Shown piece after piece: positions 46,471 through 53,747 of a DNA stretch of 53,747 nt. The position numbers and the translations under genes are program-made. A model generated the notes under the pieces. The model did no database searches and was not told where the DNA came from. It saw only the letters and a list, made by a program, of their open reading frames with translations. The stretch lies in assembly GCA_000934665.2 (NCBI GenBank), contig JYFJ02002622.1, positions 1 to 53,747 on the forward strand, read 5' to 3'. Numbering within the stretch: the stretch's first letter is position 1; the number at the start of each line of letters is the position of its first letter. The DNA comes from Catajapyx aquilonaris. Lineage: Eukaryota.

Positions 46471-49400
46471 AAACTCCTGGTACCTGTGCACACCATATAG
46501 CACAGGCTTGAGATGACTATACCTTTCGAGAGCCCTGAACAGTGGCATCACTGAATGATGATTGTCTGCTCGAGGCGTTCCAAGAACCCGGGAAAAAAAT
46601 ATCAGATCTGAACCTCACCTTTTCCCCTGATTTTGGAGCGGCAGGCATAAAAGCATTTTAATATCTATTAATATTTTAATGTTTCAAATCTTCAGCATTG
46701 AAAACAGTAATATTAGTACCGCTTGTGGGAAAACCCGGAAATTTTGGAACCTCTCTCATTTACTCACCAACCTATAAGCATCAATTCTGTGACATTGATA
46801 TTGAATCAAGCCAGGATAAGATAAGTTAAAAATGTATTTGTAGACCTCATCTTTGGCTTTCCTACTGTTTGAAAATTGTATTTCTTTCCTATTGTGAGAA
46901 AGGTAAAAGGCACAGAACCACATGTTTTTTTAGCAGCAAACCCTCCTGATGCTGTAAAGGCTCCTGGCACACTGTAAATTTCACTGGTCCAGAAGGTGTT
47001 AAACAAAGGTATGTGAATAAAACCAGACAAATTTCCTTCCAGATCAGTTTTCTTCCGCCATACAAAAAAATATACCTGCAGAGTACCATTTTGAAATCAC
47101 AAAAACACAATGATGTGGTGAGAGTCACACTTTGAATGACAACACATCAAATGCAATAGGGCTTTGCTGTTTACATATTTGGTAACAAACTTTTGTTTGC
47201 AAATGTGACAATGGTGCCAAATGACATAATTATATAACTCAAAAAATCAAGCAAAAGAATTCCAAACAATGAATGTGTTTACAAATCCTTTTGTTTAGGA
47301 CTCATTCCATTCAAGTTATAGCACATCCAATCTTTCAACCTGCACATTTAGACTGCAACATGGCTAAGAAGAAGAATTGCACAGTTTAGCTTCCTGCAAC
47401 AAGTCTGACACTGCATTAAATGTGGAACGCAACATTTTCATTAAAACACTTCATCAAGTAATATTCCAAATAACTAGTGTGTGGAATGCAAAGCACAGGG
47501 CACAATCACTGCCATGATTGGGCATGATTTGCAAAACCAAAAAAAATTAATTTCTTTGGTAGTTACTCTCATTCTTATTGTATTGATGTCTACCACCGCA
47601 AGTGCAGGTCTTACAAATTATAGTTTTCAGTTTGAGCAAAATGAAACTAGTACACAGTGTGCTAAATGTACATTGTGATGCCATCCCACACCTCCTGTCA
47701 TCAGAATGCATTTTGACGCATGTGCAAGAACTGTACAAATAGTCAATGTGCCACTGTCTGAACCAGCCAGCTCACCTTTCAATGAAACCATTTTGAGCAC
47801 ACTTTGAATGCAAATCATTACGAAGACAAAGTAACATTGAGCATTATAAGGACGCAAGTCATTACAATAAATTACAAAAAGGTGACAATTCTGTGATTGT
47901 ACTGTGGAGAAAAGATAACTCCAACAGTCACACCATTGAAAATGGTTCCTCCACCTTGTGACAGAATATTACTGGTCAGCATGTTGCAGTGGCAACCATG
48001 TAACATAAAAGTGTTGAGTAAAAGTTTTTAGCAAAAGAGCAAAACCTGTTGTCACATACAACAGAAGCAAACCTGGAAGACTTTTTTTTTTAGCGAAAAT
48101 ATGGTCAGGAGGATATATTTTAAACAAACAAAATATATTCAAAAGTCTGTCAAAGCAGCACATGTGAAAAGGTGATGCTCTCGAGACCCCCAATTATAAA
48201 ACGATGAGAACAATGATTGAAAAAAAAACACCACCATGATGTTCTCACAGTCATATTTGTAACACAATGCGACCTCGTACATTTTTAAGCAGCAATTCAG
48301 ATATATACATCTACAAGCAGACTTCCCTTATTCATCTGTAAGACATACATGAGGACCCACTCCTCCCAACCCAGCTAACACTTCTGTAAAGCCTGGTCAT
48401 GTATTCCATAGGTGAATCATTCAGATGACAACTGACTAGCTTCATCAGCTATTCTTGGTGATGCACATTGTTGTTCAACACTATTGTTATTACAGAATGT
48501 TTCTCACAATGGAAGAGGCAGTAACCAGTACATGGTTGAAAGATTGTATCTGGTGCTCTTCAAAGACATGGCATGTCATTTTTGCAACCTCTAGCATTTC
48601 CGTAGCTCATATGCTCTCACAAATCTTGAAAAATAAAAACCTAAAGAAAACTGCAGCAGATGCGTGCTACCACAGGAATGGCAAAAACAATGCCGGAAAA
48701 ACCATCCAGATGACCTGCATACCGGTGGACTTACGGTAATTGGCAATGTACTGTACCAGGACATTTGTGCACTTGTCCTCTACTGCTCAAATCGCAGCTG
48801 TCCTGGTTGTGCTGGTGCACGAACAAACCATTCTCCCGCTTTGTCGCACTAGGTACATCATGATGCAATGGTGGCAACATGTAGCATAGACAACAGACCT
48901 CAAGTCACCTCCATGGGAACAGAAGGCTTGTGCGTAAGTTTCTCACTACACACTTGATTGTTTGGTTTTTCAGCTTCTGGGCCATTACTTCCAGCACTGT
49001 AACAGAGAACAAGGTAAACTGTAACAAATGTTCCAAGTTAGTCAACTTTTTTGCAACTAAAAAAATTTACAACAATGCAAGAACTTGGCCTTACAACATA
49101 TTACTTATGTTAATTTCCAAAATGTACTTAACCAAATTGATCCTTTGGCATTTCTGCAAATTGTGTCACAAGCTTTAGCAACAGAAAGGGAAGGATAAAT
49201 CTAAGCTTCCTTTGCATAGATGGCATCTGCTCAGATGGAAGTATTCTTGCAAACGACGTCACTCCATTAACCTGCAGAGAGCTTACTGAAATCTATGTGG
49301 TGAGCACAAGAGAATCTCATTTTCTTCCCTCTGAACTAATGCCAACTACTGTGATGGAATTTATAAGACTCCCATATTAGGATAGCATTTTCTTACCATT

Positions 49401-52400
49401 ATTCAAAAAACTCGAACCACTAAAATTAACTTCAATATAACCAAGTAAATGTCAAAAGTCAATACTGTAACTGGGTGTTCCAGGCATTTGAAAGCAAAAC
49501 AACTTAATAGTGTCACAGACACCAAACACGAGTATGTGTTACAAATATTCAAGATGGAATCACACTCTCAGTGACACTGTTGGCTTGATTTGAAGCTTTA
49601 ATATTAAATATGAATATACCTTAACACTTAACTATACAACAAAAAGAACAGCTATACAATTTACACCTCTCAAAAAGGGAGAAAATTTCTTTCCACATTT
49701 TAAATGGTTACTTCCTTTTGGAATGTAGTATTAATTTCACACAACTTTTGATCACATAATTTCCTTATGATTGGATCAGGAGGCATAAACCTATCCTACA
49801 TTACTGAACAAATAATAAATTTTCATATCAAGAAATTCGGCACTCAATTAACATTTAGCCCATCCTACACAACACTAGGCAAAATTAGTGCTCAAGCATC
49901 ATGCCAGTATAATACTGGGTGAGATACGCTAAGATACCCCTTCCAACGTCCTTTATGTCAGCCAATAGTACAATGCTGTAAGCCTAGCAGTTAACTGCCC
50001 TAAACATTGTCTCACAAAAGTCCATTAGGTTATATTCCGTCACCCAGGAGAAGGTGGGCAATTTTGGAATTGGTTTTTAGGCCAATTACAGTACATTGGC
50101 ATCTAGAGCAGCAATGTAAAGCCAGAAAAAGGTCAGCAGAAATAAATGCAAATCTCGATTTTCATACAAGCATGAGAGACAATGGATTTTGTTGTTTTTG
50201 TTACACACACATACAATTATGTGTGTAATCCATCAGTAATGATTTTAATTTTGACAAATAAAATAATTTTATTCCTCAAAATTAAAGCCATTACTGACAA
50301 TTATGATATTGTTACACAGCCTCAAGTTCTATCACCATGACATTCTTCAAGAATGGATCAAGACAAAGGCTAGGAAAACAACCAGGGCAATTTGGTCACT
50401 TGTGGCTACCCAATAAATCCTGTACAGTGAAAACCTAAACATTACCAGAATTTGCCCTAATGTGCATTCATACAACCTGGCCTAACATGTAGGCTTATTT
50501 GACGATCCTGTCAAATTGCAATGTTACACAGCCATCACCAATCAACATGTAACAACCCCTATGAATTAAAGTAACTAGCATTAATTTGAGTTCTCTTACT
50601 TTATCTAAATTTTAAAATCACAAATTCCTTCTAAGCAAGAATGATCTGTGGAGCCAAATTACCAAGTCCTTGGTGATTCTTACACTACCTGCTGCGGGTA
50701 AAATTTATTTTCTTAACACCCTTCATGTGGAATCAGGTTTGTGATACTTATTCAAAGCTGTGACACATTTTGAGCAATCACACATCGACAGTTAATAAAC
50801 TTACTCCTAAATAGCCTTCAGATCAGGATGGTTACTATCAGCTACAATTGCACTGCCTACATTACAATGATCATTTCCTCTGGGCTGTGTTTATCCTCAC
50901 GGCAAATTTTGAGTGGGAACTGAAGGGAAGACCCGACCTGAATAGCACAACCTTCCTTGCTGGCCTCACTAATCAACCTTGACTATTTGAGCTTGCTACA
51001 CACAACTGCAACAATATCACTGACTTTCTGAGTTTGACCATGGCAAGAAAACATCCACCGTGAAAATAAACACTTCCTTCAAATCGCCTTTTCATTAATA
51101 TGTTTCAGTGATCTAATCCTGTTGCAGAAACTGTACCATCAACTAGTTCACTGCACCCAGATCTGAGCTGCACCATGGCCTGAACAATCAACGAGTTGAC
51201 TCATCAGTCCTTTAAGGAGCAGCCAGAACAGGCTGAGTCAGCTTAAGAGAACACACCTCCCCAACGTTAACTACAAGTTTGCAATTTTCACCTGGTTTCT
51301 AGACCCTTCGGTGGCGTTGGCTTGTTTGGAAAGTAGCGCTGTCTAACACCAAGACTACGCAATTGGCAAGGCAGAATGGGAATCCTTTAAGAGAACATTT
51401 CAGAGTTAAGCATCACAAATAAAAACATCTCAGGGTAGCCTAACTGCCAGCACCACAGCCAACTTCCACGTCACCAAGATCTGATGTCAAACGTAGATTC
51501 CTACTTGACCGGTAGTTCAAGAAACATGGTTTTTGAAAATCAGGAAAACTATATAACATACTAAGAGTTGCCGAAAGTCCTGCCTGTGCTGCCTCCTTGA
51601 ATATGCTGTTTTCAAACCTTCAATAGGGCAGCAGAGACCTAAAACATCAAACAATTGTTCTGCCTGTTAATACACAGCTCTGCGTAAATTAGTCAGTGTC
51701 ACTGATTCACTTCGTTATACACAATTCAAGAAAAACCAGCTGTAATTTAATTCTATGACAAAAATAACTGCCATTTCTGTGTAGTGAATGCAGGTTTGTC
51801 ACTATCAGCAGATCTTGAACCACTACCTATATTATTACAAAATGAAGCTACACCAGGTATCACTCTAACTCGCGAACTAGAAAAAAGGATCACCCATTCA
51901 GATATAATGAAGTCACACACTTGCAATTTCTGAAATTGTAAGGCACATATGGCCTTGACAGATATCATTAAGGGTTATCATTTTCTGACCAAAAGCAAGT
52001 AAAAAATAGAGGCGTGCAAAATGGCAAGAGATTCTCTGAAGCCTCGACATCAATCAAGGCACATTAAATACACTTGGGTGTCAGGTTCTATCTGCATGAA
52101 TAATGAAGTCATATGTACCACCTTGCAGTAGAGCATGAGTTTTTCATGATTGCACATGAACCTAGTGAATCAATGACTCTTTATGACCATAAAAAATCAA
52201 GCCGTTGCTTGTGAGTTCACTTTCACAGACGGTAACTACAACTTTCGGAGGCCAATTAATCTGCATATCCTGAATTCAACCAAAATGCTCCAGTTGGGAA
52301 CATTTCGGCAACTGCAGCTTTTTTCCTTCACACCAGGTGGATGAACATCTTGTGCTATGACAATTCAGTTACTTGGTGGCATTTTGAAATCAACCCTGTC

Positions 52401-53199
52401 TAACTGTATCTCGTGAAACTTGGCTCTGACATGGTGCCAAACTAAGACCTGCCCAACTTATCTTGCAGGTTGAGCCATCCCAGATGTAAATAACCAACAA
52501 CGCTCCAAGTTGCTTTGTTAAAAATACAATGACTTAATTAATCAACTACGGGTACAGAGCCAATTTTCAGAGCAACAGTCATGGTGCAATGACCCATTGG
52601 GCATGGTTCATGGCAAGTTCACTTCCCTTAAACCTTCAAGAAAAATCACACATATTGAAATGTGAAGCTCCAATATTTTAAAAATTGGCTGAACATGGGC
52701 AACAGTTTTGCCACATCTGGCCAGTTCTTGCTATTGCAACAACACAGCATGTGACAAAATTACTTTTGAACTTCGTTTACATACATCTTACTTCCTATAA
52801 AAAGAAGGATAGTGATTAGTGTAACCCAGTTAGGTTTATCACATGCAAATACATTTCCAATGCTACCATTTTACTACTTTTACAACCACACTTCATTTTC
52901 ATGCAGTAATTCACACTTCTCTCTGCAATGTCAATAATTATTAATGATACATAACTAACCCCCTCAGATATTAACCCAGACCACCTTCTTAAATATTTTT
53001 GTAGCCTTTGATTAGTCTTGGTATTTTACCCCACAAAGCATATTCATCCAACAACTACTCTCCAACCTCAGATGGAAATCAGGCTTCAGCAAACTAGGTT
53101 CATCCCCAGACCATGGCTACATCATTTTTATAAATAATGTATGTCCTAGTCTCACCCTGTACCAGCATAAAATCATCTTACACGGGAGTGCTATGTGAA

Positions 53200-53747
53200 C
53201 TTCATGTTCAAAACATTTTTCCGGGTTCCTTACCTGCTAGAAAGAAAGTACCCTTCCGGAGAAATCCTTGATCTCAAGTGTTTTTGAGATACGGGGGTCA
53301 AAAGGTCAAAATCAGAACAATTTATGAAAGTACCTGAAATAGATATCATTAGTGCTATCGTCGAGATTTTTGGTTCTTCAGTTTCTTGGGATGAAATATA
53401 TAATGGTAGATCGGAAATTGTTAATTATGCAAGTTAACCCTCGGACGGTGACGTGGGCACTTTTTGTGACCAGCGACCCTTTTTTTGCTATTACTTGGCA
53501 AATTTAGGACATTCGAGATTCATCTTCGAGAACATTTTCGTTTGACTATTTCTGTGATGAATGACGTTTAGTTTAAATTTTTTGAGCAAATAGCACGACC
53601 AGGAAAAAATAAATTAGGCGGCAATGCGTAGATGGGGCCTAACCAAGATTCGGTCTGGCGGCTCCCGGTGGCATCCCAGGCCGCCAAGGGGTGGAATCCC
53701 CCTACCCCCGGGAGTTGGCCCCGACTGATTTTCTTTCCGATTTTTTT
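53200..53747. mobile_element. DNA-transposon fragments, including a piggyBac-like terminus TTAA-CCCT at 53434
   Basis: Return to CpG-containing sequence with MITE-type motifs (TTTTTGAGATACGGGGGTCAAA) and TTAACCCTCGG. The partner end is not in the window. Confidence 0.35.

Overview
This is AT-rich, intron-containing eukaryotic DNA, most likely from an arthropod, judged by the CBM14 protein type, the tRNA-derived SINEs and the Tc1/mariner and hAT elements. It is dominated by repeats, and most ORFs in the supplied track are noise. Three spliced genes can be reconstructed on the + strand. (1) The last two coding exons of a chitin-binding peritrophin-A (CBM14) protein lie at 839-1353. (2) A 215-aa RGG plus two-KH-domain protein at 30414-32834 resembles the N-terminus of DDX43 but stops before any helicase domain. 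(3) A 140-aa, four-exon orphan protein at 42633-43783 has two tandemly duplicated mini-exons and a decayed paralogue at about 3.4-11.5 kb. Other notable items are a virus-like or env-like ORF pair next to LINE and LTR-like debris (20.5-23.4 kb), a fully foldable tRNA-Val with the unusual eukaryotic anticodon GAC in a relic of a 238-bp tandem unit, and a 1.9-kb foldback hAT element with 819-bp TIRs. There are also several perfect hairpins, a decayed multi-exon minus-strand gene with an RRM-like exon, and about 6 kb of repeat-free UTR-like sequence at the end. All calls were made by eye; no database searches were run.
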